From Bacteroidia bacterium (GTDB lineage Bacteria; Bacteroidota; Bacteroidia; Bacteroidales; VadinHA17), in NCBI GenBank assembly GCA_026391215.1, contig JAPLDX010000102.1:1-10873 (forward strand): DNA of 10,873 nucleotides, written 5' to 3'. The notes under the pieces are model-generated. The model was not told where the DNA came from, searched no databases, and saw only the letters and a list, made by a program, of their open reading frames with translations. A program made the translations under genes and the position numbers. The first letter of the stretch is position 1, and each line of letters starts with the position of its first letter. Positions 1 to 8,687 of the stretch are shown here, in pieces.

Positions 1-911
1 GTAAAGCCTTCCTCATTCTTGTACCCGCTCAGCTTAATATTACCTCCGGCAAAGACATCTATTGCCAGTGCATTGAACAATGGTAATTTAAAGCCAAGAA
101 TAACACCACCGGCATAAATATTAAGACGCTGGATTATCTCTTTTTGCTGCCACTCCCATGTTCCTGTTTCGACCTCAACATATTCAGGATGGGTTCCTTT
201 TATTGAAATTCTTCTGTACATAAGCTGAGGTGCTGCATATAATCCCAGGGGTGCCTGTTTCCTGCCGGGATGGTTTGCCAGGAGATAATTCCGGAACTGG
301 ACATTTACACCTCCGCCGGATATCACTTCTCCTGTGTATGTTAGATATTCATTGCTTGCAGCACTATATACTGCAAAGCTCTGGTTTGAGAAGTAATAAT
401 TTGAAATACCCTGGTTGGTCGAATACGTTGCCATTCCCCCGATGTTGAAGGAAAGTGAAGGAGTCAGGACACGTTCGTAGGATAGTAAAAAGGTTCCCTC
501 CAGGAGACGGATAGGATCCAGCATTATTGCAGAGTTGTAATCAGCAACAAATACAGGTTTTTCTTCAGTTGCATAAGATTGCTGAATTACCACAGGAGCA
601 TCCACTTCCCTGGTAATCTTCATTATTGAATCCATCTCAGTGATCTTTTGTGTCACCATCTGAGGATCAAAATCCATTGAACTGATCTTTGAGTCAAGCT
701 CATTCAGCTTGATGTCAAGCTCTTTTGGCTTTGCTTCCCACAGCTTGATCTTGGTATCCAGCAGTTCAAGCTTTGAATCGAGAAGCTGCAGTTTCAGGTC
801 CAGCATCTGTGATTTTTGTGAAATGGAATCCTGTCCGTAAATACCCGGGCAGGAACCCAATAACAACAGTAATCCAATGATGGACAGCTGTTTACAATAA
901 AATGTTTTCAT
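1..911 (-). CDS. Exported protein with N-terminal heptad coiled coil and probable C-terminal outer-membrane beta-barrel (DUF3575-like); 3' end runs off the window
   Basis: Manual translation from ATG at 911 is open for 303 codons to the window edge: MKTFYCKQLSIIGLLLLLGSCPGIYGQDSISQKSQMLDLKLQLLDSKLELLDTKIKLWEAKPKELDIKLNELDSKISS...SAIMLDPIRLLEGTFLLSYERVLTPSLSFNIGG...GGVNVQFRNYL...GLYAAPQLMYR...IYAGGVILGFKLPLFNALAIDVFAGG. It has a hydrophobic signal and amphipathic strands. Absent from the ORF track because the stop lies outside the window. The family label is inference. Confidence 0.8.
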   Translation of the reverse strand, partial: MKTFYCKQLSIIGLLLLLGSCPGIYGQDSISQKSQMLDLKLQLLDSKLELLDTKIKLWEAKPKELDIKLNELDSKISSMDFDPQMVTQKITEMDSIMKITREVDAPVVIQQSYATEEKPVFVADYNSAIMLDPIRLLEGTFLLSYERVLTPSLSFNIGGMATYSTNQGISNYYFSNQSFAVYSAASNEYLTYTGEVISGGGVNVQFRNYLLANHPGRKQAPLGLYAAPQLMYRRISIKGTHPEYVEVETGTWEWQQKEIIQRLNIYAGGVILGFKLPLFNALAIDVFAGGNIKLSGYKNEEGF

Positions 912-1080
912 TTTTAAAGTAATTAGGGTTTAGTAAGGTTAATATTTATAAAATTTGTTTTGTGTCCAGGTCAAGTAACTGAATCTGCACAAAATCCCTG
1001 CCAATTATTCTTAATTCCGGCTCAGTTTCATTCCGACTGGCTGAAAAACAGTAACTTTATCTTATATAAGATATTACCCT

Positions 1081-4000
1081 GTGCGTGCAAGGATCATTAT
1101 TATTGTATTTATCATTTTCATGGTTCCTGTCGGGAAGGCAAATCCGCAATCAGTTGAAACTGTTGTCCAGGCTGGTCATTATGCAGCCGTAACATCAGTC
1201 TGCAGCAGTTTTGATGGGAAATTTATCGCCACAGGCAGCTCTGACAAAACAATAATATTATGGCGAAGCTCAGACGGAAAACAAATTCGCTCCTACGGCG
1301 GAAATCCCTCTGACGTGTTGCATGTTGAATTCAACAGGCAGGGAACATCAATCATGTCTGTTAGTAAAGACGGCTCGGTAATATGCAGGGATATAACTTC
1401 AGGTAAAATTCTCAGAAGTATCAGGCTTAATGCCGACAGGATAACCTGTGCATCATTTCATCCTGACGGATCACAAATTGTGACTGGAAGCAAAAAATCA
1501 AATATCTCAACCTGGAATATTCTTTCAGGAGAGAAAATTCTTGAATTTAAGGCTGTTCCCAAAGATCTGTATTCTGAAAAAGGGTTTGAATATCCTGAAA
1601 CACAAACAGTTACATTTAGTTCTGATGGGCAGTTCATTATTGCAGGAACCGGAGATAACACGGCAATTCTCTGGGATGTAAAAACAGGAAACGAGATAAG
1701 GAAATTCAAAAATGCAAGATCAACCTGCACATCGTGTATTGCAGAAGCATCAATTACAACTGACAATAAATATATTCTAACTGCCAGGTCGGATTCCATT
1801 AAGATGTTTGACCGTTTATCCGGATCGCTGGTCAGGGAATTTTATGCGCAGGAAGGTTCACCGGAAGAATTAACCGTGAGTAATGACAATCGCTTTGTGG
1901 CTGCAATTGAGTATGGTGTGGCAGAGGTATGGGATCTTAAATCAGGAAAATTGATATTAAAGGCAGGCGATTATTCTCAGAACAAGATCCTTTCGCTGGC
2001 ATTTAGTTCTGATGGGAAACAGATAATAACCGGTAGTGAAAATAGGATTACAGACGTTTATGATATTGGATCCGGAGAAAAGATTCTGACACTGAAAGGT
2101 TACCTGAATCAGGTGGATGAGAGGATACTTACGGATCCGTACATGTACTGGGCTGTTCTTGTAAACGAGGCGAAACTGAGTCCCGATGGCAAGTATATAG
2201 CCATCGGGAGGACTGGCAATAATGCCAAAATAATTGATTTTAAAACAGGGAAAGTATTCAAAACCCTGCAAGGGCATAAAAGCATGGTAATAAGCCTTTG
2301 CTTCAGCCCTGATGGTAAATATCTGGCTACAGGGGGAATTGACGGGAAAGCAATAGTATGGGAAGTTGAAACCGGCAACCCGGTCCGGACAATAACATTT
2401 ACTGATGAAAAGCTCGCTATATTTTCAGTTGATATAAGTTCTGACGGTAAAATGCTTGCAACGGCAGACTGGGGAGGATATATCTGTATATGGGATATAG
2501 AGACAGGCAGTAATCTAAGAGTCGTTTCTCCCCATGACGGAACAGGAGTGTACCAGGTAAAATTCTCTCCTAACGGAGTCTATCTTATTTCTGCCGGGCT
2601 GGACAGAAAGCTGAAACTCACCGAAATAGATACCGGACAGGAGATAAGAACTTTTACAGGGCATACCGAACTGGTTAATTCCATTAATCTCAGTCCTTCA
2701 GGCGACAGGATAATTACATCAGGATGGGACGGAACAGTAAGGATATGGGACTTTTATTCAGGATTGCAGGTCCTAAAGATCAAAGCACACCAGGGTGGTG
2801 TTTACAATGCAAAATATGACATTTCAGGAAAATATATCGTGTCAGGCGGGGATGATTTTCTTGTCAGACAGTGGGATGCAATAACGGGAACCATGGTCTG
2901 TGAACTGGCCGGCCATCAGGGTGGCGTGGGAGATGTGAACATCACAAAGGATCTTCAGCATGTTATTTCAGGAAGCCGTGATGGAACTGTAAGGATATGG
3001 GATCTGCCAGGCAGGAGGGAAATTGTTTCAATGAGTTTCCTGAATGAAAACGACTGGTTCATAAAGAATCCTCACGGTTATTTTGATGCTTCAGAAGGTG
3101 CATTTAATTCAATTTCTTTCGTGAAGGGAACAGAAGTCTATTCTATCAGCCAGTTCTTCAATGAATTTTACCGTCCGGGATTGTATATTGAAGCTTTCGG
3201 AGACAATAGCGCAGCATTCAGGCAGAACATTTTCCAGGCTGTTGAAAAATCACCGCCTCCAGGAATTGAAATAATCCTCCCGGAAGACGGATCATCAATG
3301 GAAAGCTCCATTGCGTCACTGATGGTAAAGGTGACCAATAACGGAGGCGGAGTTAAGGAGTTTAAAGTAATGCATAACGGAAAGAGGCAGGAAACAGATG
3401 CCTCGGATCTTAAACGGATGACAAAAGAAGGTCAGTATACCATGAAAACCTTTGACCTTAATCTTGTGCCGGGGGAAAACCTCATTTCAATATCTGCCTT
3501 CAGCAACGGGGACATTGAATCAGAACAGAAAAATATAAGTCTTATTTATAAGGGATTACAGAAGAGCTCTGATTGTTATATGTTAAGCGTCGGGATAAAT
3601 AAATACCAGAATGAAAATCTTACCCTGGCTTATGCGCGTCCTGATGCCCAGGCTTTTGCATCATTTCTGAATGCAAAGGGAGAAAAGCTGTTTAACAGGA
3701 TACACTCCTATACTCTGTTCGACGAAAATGCAACCAAAACAAAAATCCTTGCTGCAATTGATGAAATAAGCAAAGTGATGAAGAAAGAGGATGTTTTTGT
3801 ATTTTTTTATGCAGGGCACGGAAGCACTGAAGAGGGTATTTTTTATTTCATCACATCTGAAATAACCGGATTGTACCAGCAGGACAAACTTCAGAATGCG
3901 CTGCGTGTTAGTGAATTACAGGAGAGATTCAAACTGCTGCCTGCATTGAAGCAGGTTGTTTTTATTGATGCCTGTCATTCAGGAAGCTCTGTCGAGACAC

Positions 4001-4320
4001 TGGCCATGAGAGGTGCCTCCGAGGAAAAAGCCCTGGCACAGCTGTCACGCAGTTCGGGTGTTCATGTAATGGCTTCATCGGAAAGTGACCAACAGTCAGC
4101 AGAAATAAAAAGCCTCGGACACGGAGTATTCACCTATGTTCTTCTTGAAGCGCTTAATGGAAAAGCTGACGGTGCTCCTGCTGATTCAAAGATCACAGTT
4201 TATGAGATAAAATCATATATCGACGACCAGGTTCCGGAAATATCATTCAATCTTATCCGGCACAAACAATTTCCAAGCACCTTCTCAATGGGACATGATT
4301 TTCCGCTGGTGATGGAATAA
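1081..4320 (+). CDS. Exported WD40-repeat protein with C-terminal peptidase C14 (caspase/metacaspase-like) domain
   Basis: 1079 aa. Signal peptide MRARIIIIVFIIFMVPVGKA, then about 14 WD40 repeats (e.g. GH...FSPDGKYLATGGIDGKAIVWE; GH...SGWDGTVRIWD), a linker (DWFIKNPHGYFDAS) and an Ig-like segment. C14 motifs follow: LSVGINKY, FFYAGHG (His913), FIDACHSG (Cys965), HGVFTYVLLEAL. Confidence 0.92.
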   Translation: MRARIIIIVFIIFMVPVGKANPQSVETVVQAGHYAAVTSVCSSFDGKFIATGSSDKTIILWRSSDGKQIRSYGGNPSDVLHVEFNRQGTSIMSVSKDGSVICRDITSGKILRSIRLNADRITCASFHPDGSQIVTGSKKSNISTWNILSGEKILEFKAVPKDLYSEKGFEYPETQTVTFSSDGQFIIAGTGDNTAILWDVKTGNEIRKFKNARSTCTSCIAEASITTDNKYILTARSDSIKMFDRLSGSLVREFYAQEGSPEELTVSNDNRFVAAIEYGVAEVWDLKSGKLILKAGDYSQNKILSLAFSSDGKQIITGSENRITDVYDIGSGEKILTLKGYLNQVDERILTDPYMYWAVLVNEAKLSPDGKYIAIGRTGNNAKIIDFKTGKVFKTLQGHKSMVISLCFSPDGKYLATGGIDGKAIVWEVETGNPVRTITFTDEKLAIFSVDISSDGKMLATADWGGYICIWDIETGSNLRVVSPHDGTGVYQVKFSPNGVYLISAGLDRKLKLTEIDTGQEIRTFTGHTELVNSINLSPSGDRIITSGWDGTVRIWDFYSGLQVLKIKAHQGGVYNAKYDISGKYIVSGGDDFLVRQWDAITGTMVCELAGHQGGVGDVNITKDLQHVISGSRDGTVRIWDLPGRREIVSMSFLNENDWFIKNPHGYFDASEGAFNSISFVKGTEVYSISQFFNEFYRPGLYIEAFGDNSAAFRQNIFQAVEKSPPPGIEIILPEDGSSMESSIASLMVKVTNNGGGVKEFKVMHNGKRQETDASDLKRMTKEGQYTMKTFDLNLVPGENLISISAFSNGDIESEQKNISLIYKGLQKSSDCYMLSVGINKYQNENLTLAYARPDAQAFASFLNAKGEKLFNRIHSYTLFDENATKTKILAAIDEISKVMKKEDVFVFFYAGHGSTEEGIFYFITSEITGLYQQDKLQNALRVSELQERFKLLPALKQVVFIDACHSGSSVETLAMRGASEEKALAQLSRSSGVHVMASSESDQQSAEIKSLGHGVFTYVLLEALNGKADGAPADSKITVYEIKSYIDDQVPEISFNLIRHKQFPSTFSMGHDFPLVME

Positions 4321-4322
4321 CA

Positions 4323-5825
4323 TCACATGACAGTAATAATAACACGCTGATACCTTGTGAGATTTGGTATCCCGTCATCAGTGACTTCAAGTATAAGATG
4401 AATTGTCTTGCCGGATTCAACATTATCAGGAATAAATACTGAAGCTGTTTTCTTCCCGGCATTTTCAATGGTCACAGATTCGTTATATGTGCCAGCCTCT
4501 TTATATTGCCACCATAAATATGTGAGCTTGTCTCCATCATGATCAACAGCGGTTCCTTTTAGTTTAATTATTTCACCGGGCTTAACTTCGATGTCAGCCG
4601 GATTCTTTAAGCTGACATCAGGCGCATGATTGACTTCACTGTATTCTTTAACACACCAGTCGGCCCTTACGGCAAAATCATTCTGTAACGTTTCTATCCA
4701 CCGAACCTGTGGATATGCCGGTTCATCTTTTCCTGTGTATGGATTAAAATCCGCTACATTCTGGCCATCTGCCCAACAATTTTTATCCGTAAATGATTTA
4801 ACAAATCGTCCTCCCTGTCCGCCATATGAAGGATCTTCCATATTTCTTAATCCTAAATTCAAAAGGTAAAGATAAGCGGGTGAATCACCCTCGGAGAGGA
4901 AATCATATTTTTCCCGTCCCTGCCTTGCTGCTTCGTCAGGATTGCCGTGTGTATGCTCAGGATCGCCTGCAACCTGTCGTCCGTCACCCCACGAAAAATA
5001 TGCTTCAAGCAAGGGGCCATGATTAAAAAGGATATTTTCCGAGAACCACTTGCCATTTAAATACCGGCTCAGCTCAGGAGGCACTACTCTGTACCACCAG
5101 TAAGCCAGACTGCCGAACTGGGATGAATTGTATATGACCCTTATATCAGGCCAGTTGGGAGCAATATACTTCTTATAGGTTGCATCCTGATCGAGAATAA
5201 TATACAGGATAGTTTTTTCAGATACTTTTTTATAGATCTTATCCCAGTCTGAGGATCCCCTGTATTTGTCTTCTATTGATTTCAGGGCACGGGCAACAGT
5301 ATTTGTACCGCCCCACATCTGAAGATAAACAGGCTCAGATTTGTCATCCATTAATATTGATTTTGTAAAATCTGATCCTTCAGTATCCTTTGCCATCTCT
5401 CCTTCAAATTCAATATTTCCTATTCTGATAATGCTTTTCAGGTAATCCGGAGAGGGATATTGCTTATCATGTTTGATGAGGTTTGGATAAACCAGGGTAT
5501 ATTTATCGATCAGTGTTTCCATCCAGGTTGTTCCCGGCCACCTCAGGTCTGTCTTTTGTCCGTACATCCTGGCTGTCATGGGCATTTCAGAAGTAAAAAG
5601 AGTGCCTTTGCCATCGCCGGCATAATGCCACATTGAACTTGAATAAACCAGTCCTTCAATATCAAACTCATTGGAATACAATAACATGCGGATAAAGGAA
5701 TCCATATCATCCACCTCTCCGTCGGTAGTTATTATGGTCCTGGGTTTTTCCGTTACTGGTACAGAAGTGTCTGAACAGCAGCTCAGAATGATAATAATCA
5801 CCAATAGAAGTAGATATTTTTTCAT
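4323..5825 (-). CDS. DUF1593 / nucleoside-hydrolase-like domain lipoprotein with C-terminal Ig-like domain
   Basis: 500 aa. Lipoprotein-type signal (IIILSCC). Family motifs TTDGEVDDMDSFIRMLLYSNEFDIEGLV, WGGTNTVARAL, SEGDSPAYLYL, QNDFAVRADW, NHAP and C-terminal TIHLILEVTDDGIPNLTRYQRVII. Convergent with the caspase-like gene, 2-nt gap. Confidence 0.85.
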   Translation of the reverse strand: MKKYLLLLVIIIILSCCSDTSVPVTEKPRTIITTDGEVDDMDSFIRMLLYSNEFDIEGLVYSSSMWHYAGDGKGTLFTSEMPMTARMYGQKTDLRWPGTTWMETLIDKYTLVYPNLIKHDKQYPSPDYLKSIIRIGNIEFEGEMAKDTEGSDFTKSILMDDKSEPVYLQMWGGTNTVARALKSIEDKYRGSSDWDKIYKKVSEKTILYIILDQDATYKKYIAPNWPDIRVIYNSSQFGSLAYWWYRVVPPELSRYLNGKWFSENILFNHGPLLEAYFSWGDGRQVAGDPEHTHGNPDEAARQGREKYDFLSEGDSPAYLYLLNLGLRNMEDPSYGGQGGRFVKSFTDKNCWADGQNVADFNPYTGKDEPAYPQVRWIETLQNDFAVRADWCVKEYSEVNHAPDVSLKNPADIEVKPGEIIKLKGTAVDHDGDKLTYLWWQYKEAGTYNESVTIENAGKKTASVFIPDNVESGKTIHLILEVTDDGIPNLTRYQRVIITVM

Positions 5826-5867
5826 TCAGCAGGTTTTAAAATATCGCAAAATAAATGTATGAAAAAA

Positions 5868-6218
5868 TCAGAAGCGCCGGAGGGCGGACTGCAAATCTTC
5901 AGCAAAGAATATCATGTTTCCCCGATTAGATTCGCGGATAAAGTCCCTCAGGCTTTTGCTTGTGTATTTTGAAAAATCTCCGATAATTGCCAGTTTAAAA
6001 TGATAGTTGGAGAATTTCTGAAGGATGTCACCGGCAAGACGGGTCTTCAGATCAAAAAAATCTTTGCTCAGGTTTTGTTCATAAATTATCATTCTGCTGT
6101 GTCCCTGTGATCCCAGGTCAGATATAAGATCAAGAGCATCTTGTGCCTCGCCGATAACTATATTTACGTCTGTCAGCTCAGCAATTTTTTTGCCATCAAA
6201 ATCGTGAAATATGAACAT
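5868..6218 (-). CDS. DUF4180 domain-containing protein
   Basis: 116 aa with the characteristic DFFDLKTRLAGDILQKFSNY..KLAIIGDFSKYTSKSLRDFIRESNRG. Confidence 0.9.
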   Translation of the reverse strand: MFIFHDFDGKKIAELTDVNIVIGEAQDALDLISDLGSQGHSRMIIYEQNLSKDFFDLKTRLAGDILQKFSNYHFKLAIIGDFSKYTSKSLRDFIRESNRGNMIFFAEDLQSALRRF

Positions 6219-6246
6219 ACAGATTGGATTTCAGGTAAAGGATTAG

Positions 6247-6690
6247 TTACTCTGAGGTCAATTCATCTACAATCATGATAGCATCTGCAATGCATTTTTC
6301 ACAGACTTTCTCGTGCAGGTTGTTATCTTTAATATACTTCTTACCTTCTTCAGTATTGAGACTGCAATTCATCAATGATTTACAGTTTAATGTACTATGT
6401 ATAGAATTAAATCTGTCAGCGAATTTCTGAATGGCAGAATATGTTGCTTCTTTTCTGTCTTTATTATCTGTAAACTTACTGCAGTAATAAATCCCCAGCA
6501 CCATGAATGCTCCGGTTACCGCTCCACAAGTATCCTGGAGCCTTCCCATTCCTCCGCCAAAACCGCAGGAGATCCTGGCAGCCAGTTCATTATCAAAATT
6601 CAGATCATCAGAATATGCTGTGACAGTTGCCTGCGCGCAATTCAATCCTGCCCTGAAGGATTCTATGGCTTTTTCCTGTTTAGTCTTCAT
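6247..6690 (-). CDS. C_GCAxxG_C_C family putative redox-active protein
   Basis: 147 aa with NCAQA, GFGGGMG, TCGAVTGA and two further conserved Cys (LNCKSL, VCEKCI). Confidence 0.9.
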   Translation of the reverse strand: MKTKQEKAIESFRAGLNCAQATVTAYSDDLNFDNELAARISCGFGGGMGRLQDTCGAVTGAFMVLGIYYCSKFTDNKDRKEATYSAIQKFADRFNSIHSTLNCKSLMNCSLNTEEGKKYIKDNNLHEKVCEKCIADAIMIVDELTSE

Positions 6691-6709
6691 TTTTATTTTT
6701 CTGTTAATT

Positions 6710-6717
6710 CAAAGCTA
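6710..6717 (-). promoter_or_regulatory. Bacteroidota -7 promoter box for the C_GCAxxG_C_C / DUF4180 / DUF1593 run
   Basis: Minus strand TAGCTTTG matches TAnnTTTG, 19 nt upstream of the ATG at 6690. Confidence 0.5.
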
Positions 6718-6798
6718 AGATATGAAATAAAATGAGCTTAAAAATTGTCATATTATTAATGGACCTGTTATATTAGCCAATACAAAATTTTAAAATAT

Positions 6799-8202
6799 AT
6801 GAAACAAAAATTCTCTTTCAGATCAGACGTAATCATACTTATTTTACCTCTTCTTCTGATGACTGCATGTTCAAAACAGCAGAACTGGCCACAGTTCCGG
6901 GGGCCGGAAAGCAATATGCTGACAACAGCCCAGAACCTGCCGGAAGAATGGGGGAATAATAAAAATGTAGCTTGGATCTATAAAATGGATGGTCTTGGCT
7001 TTTCATCTCCGATAGTCTGGGGAGATAAGGTGTTTATTGCATCAACTTTTCCTATTAAAATGAATGCGGTACCCGAAAGAAGACCCATGCCAGGTCCTCC
7101 TCCTGAAGGTGGTCAACCTCAGCCAGGGCAGATGCCTCCGCAGGGTCCTCCTCAGCAGGAAGTTATTGATACAACCTACCTTCAGGAAATTTACCGCTGG
7201 CAGGTTACCTGCGTTGACCTTAACACGGGAGAAGAGTTGTGGAAACAGACTGCTTATGAAGGAAGTCCGAAAACAGGAAAGAATCCCAACAGCACTTATG
7301 CATGTGAAACGCCTGTAACTGACGGTAAAAGAGTATATGCCTATTTTGGCATGCACGGACTTTTTTGCTATGACATTAACGGCACTCTTTTATGGAAGAA
7401 AGATCTTGGGGTATTCTATACGCAAAAAGGATGGGGAACAGGATCGTCTCCTGTATTGTACAAGGATGTTCTTTATATTCAGAATGACAATGAGAAAAAT
7501 TCATTTATTGTAGCTCTGGATGCTGTGACAGGAGTTGAAAAATGGCGGGCACAGCGTGATGAAAAGACCAATTACAGCTCTCCGATTATCTGGAAGAATA
7601 AAATAAGGACTGAGCTGATAACCACCGGGAAAAAAGCCCGTTCCTATGATCCTGAAACAGGTAGGCTTTTATGGGAACTGACTATAGCCGGTGAGATGAC
7701 AGTTCCTTCTCCCGTTTGTGATCAGGAACTGCTCTACGTGGGCAATTCAGGCGGCAGGGAGCTTCAGGGATCTTTGTTTGCAGTCAAGCCTGGTGCTGAG
7801 GGCGATATCACTCCTGCAGAAGGGCAGTTGTCAAACAACTGGATTGCCTGGACATATCCCGAAGCCAGTATAGGCAATGGTTCCCCTTTGTTATATAACG
7901 GGAAGCTCTACATTATAGGCAGCAGGGGAGGAGAGGTCCAGTGCCTCAATGCCCTGACCGGGGAAGTAATTTACAAGGGAAGAGTACCCGGTTTCGGTGG
8001 TGTATGGGCATCACCATGGGGTTACAACGGCAAGATCTGGGTCAACGATGAGAATGGGATGACCCTTTCAATGCAGGGAGGTGATCAGTTTGAATATGCA
8101 TCTGATAACAAGCTTGATGGCAAATTCTGGGCGTCGGTAGCGATCACGAAAAATGCATATATTTTCAAGGGTGATAAGAATCTGTATTGTGTGAAAGAAT
8201 AG
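6799..8202 (+). CDS. PQQ-binding-like (BamB-like) beta-propeller repeat lipoprotein
   Basis: 467 aa. Lipobox LMTAC, N-terminal WPQFRGP motif, repeated SSP(I/V) and D..TG...W tryptophan-docking motifs, and a Pro/Gln-rich insert at 7072-7158. Confidence 0.88.
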   Translation: MKQKFSFRSDVIILILPLLLMTACSKQQNWPQFRGPESNMLTTAQNLPEEWGNNKNVAWIYKMDGLGFSSPIVWGDKVFIASTFPIKMNAVPERRPMPGPPPEGGQPQPGQMPPQGPPQQEVIDTTYLQEIYRWQVTCVDLNTGEELWKQTAYEGSPKTGKNPNSTYACETPVTDGKRVYAYFGMHGLFCYDINGTLLWKKDLGVFYTQKGWGTGSSPVLYKDVLYIQNDNEKNSFIVALDAVTGVEKWRAQRDEKTNYSSPIIWKNKIRTELITTGKKARSYDPETGRLLWELTIAGEMTVPSPVCDQELLYVGNSGGRELQGSLFAVKPGAEGDITPAEGQLSNNWIAWTYPEASIGNGSPLLYNGKLYIIGSRGGEVQCLNALTGEVIYKGRVPGFGGVWASPWGYNGKIWVNDENGMTLSMQGGDQFEYASDNKLDGKFWASVAITKNAYIFKGDKNLYCVKE

Positions 8203-8222
8203 GCTTCAGGCCTCAGGCATTA

Positions 8223-8322
8223 ACAGAGTGAGTGTTGAGTGTGAGAGTGAGTGCGAGAAAAAAGAGTGAAGTGCTCGCTGTCGCTCTCACTCTCACTCTT
8301 TTTTGTAGTCCCACCAGGAATC
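8223..8322. repeat. Direct repeat copy A (100 bp): GAGTGA/TCACTC hairpin plus 19-bp tRNA-Arg 3' end (att-like)
   Basis: Nearly identical to 10247-10340, differing by an extra tgagtgt, one fewer T and two substitutions. 8304-8322 (tgtagtcccaccaggaatc) matches 10681-10699 at the tRNA 3' end at 18/19. Confidence 0.92.
8258..8304. terminator. Probable bidirectional intrinsic terminator inside repeat copy A
   Basis: aaaaaagagtga...tcactctttttt inverted repeat with A-tract and T-tract ends. It lies downstream of the PQQ gene (+) and of the tRNA fragment (-). Confidence 0.55.
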
Positions 8323-8352
8323 AAAAGCCAAATTATTCCTTCTGAAGTGCTA

Positions 8353-8403
8353 TAATAATCTGATTATTAGTTGTATTTGTAGGGGTACAAAACTGGGGTA
8401 CAA
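8353..8403. promoter_or_regulatory. Putative att-arm region: palindrome/IHF-like site and tandem ggggtacaa repeat
   Basis: TAATAATC-T-GATTATTA at 8353-8369; its minus strand AATCAGATTATTA fits WATCARNNNNTTR. ggggtacaa occurs at 8382-8390 and 8395-8403. The motifs lie 30-80 bp from the tRNA fragment. Confidence 0.45.
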
Positions 8404-8540
8404 TTATTGCACGTTTGTTTACATCCTCACGGTGGTTAAGACGATATGGCAGTAAAAATGGTCATCAGCTCTTTATCCGTATTAGAATGCACAACAGATT
8501 CGATACGGAGATACTTGTATACGCTTAAATTTATTATTTA

Positions 8541-8687
8541 TTATAGAGAACTTTTCCAAACGCCATGACCCCCAGTCCCCACAAAGATATTGCTTCCATT
8601 TATGGCTATTGAATACACAATTATGTCATCAGGTAAGCCATTATTCACTGCTTTCCAACTGCTTCCATTATTGGTTGATATGAAAAC
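8541..8687 (-). pseudogene. Out-of-frame true C-terminus of the BNR-repeat gene
   Basis: The alternative frame reads VFISTNNGSSWKAVNNGLPDDIIVYSIAINGSNIFVGTGGHGVWKSSL*, a twelfth repeat plus a closing strand. Confidence 0.85.

Noticed and set aside
1081-4320. NLR/STAND or gasdermin-type defence system
   Set aside because: No P-loop NTPase domain and no recognisable effector neighbour, and the protein appears to be exported.
230-7356. Short ORFs in the track (230-448, 960-1157, 1458-1799, 1957-2277, 2109-2378, 4253-4468, 4630-4869, 4826-5026, 4859-5056, 5671-5862, 6397-6735, 6503-6718, 7042-7356, 7064-7318)
   Set aside because: Antisense or alternate-frame shadows of well-supported genes, with no recognisable motifs.
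6799-8202. Calling the gene bamB or a PQQ dehydrogenase
   Set aside because: Only the generic propeller repeats are supported. The WPQFRG-type family is widespread, and no bam or dehydrogenase context is present.
8201-8219. aggcttc-aggcctc-aggca heptamer-like repeat after the PQQ gene stop
   Set aside because: Under three units and seen once; too short to interpret.
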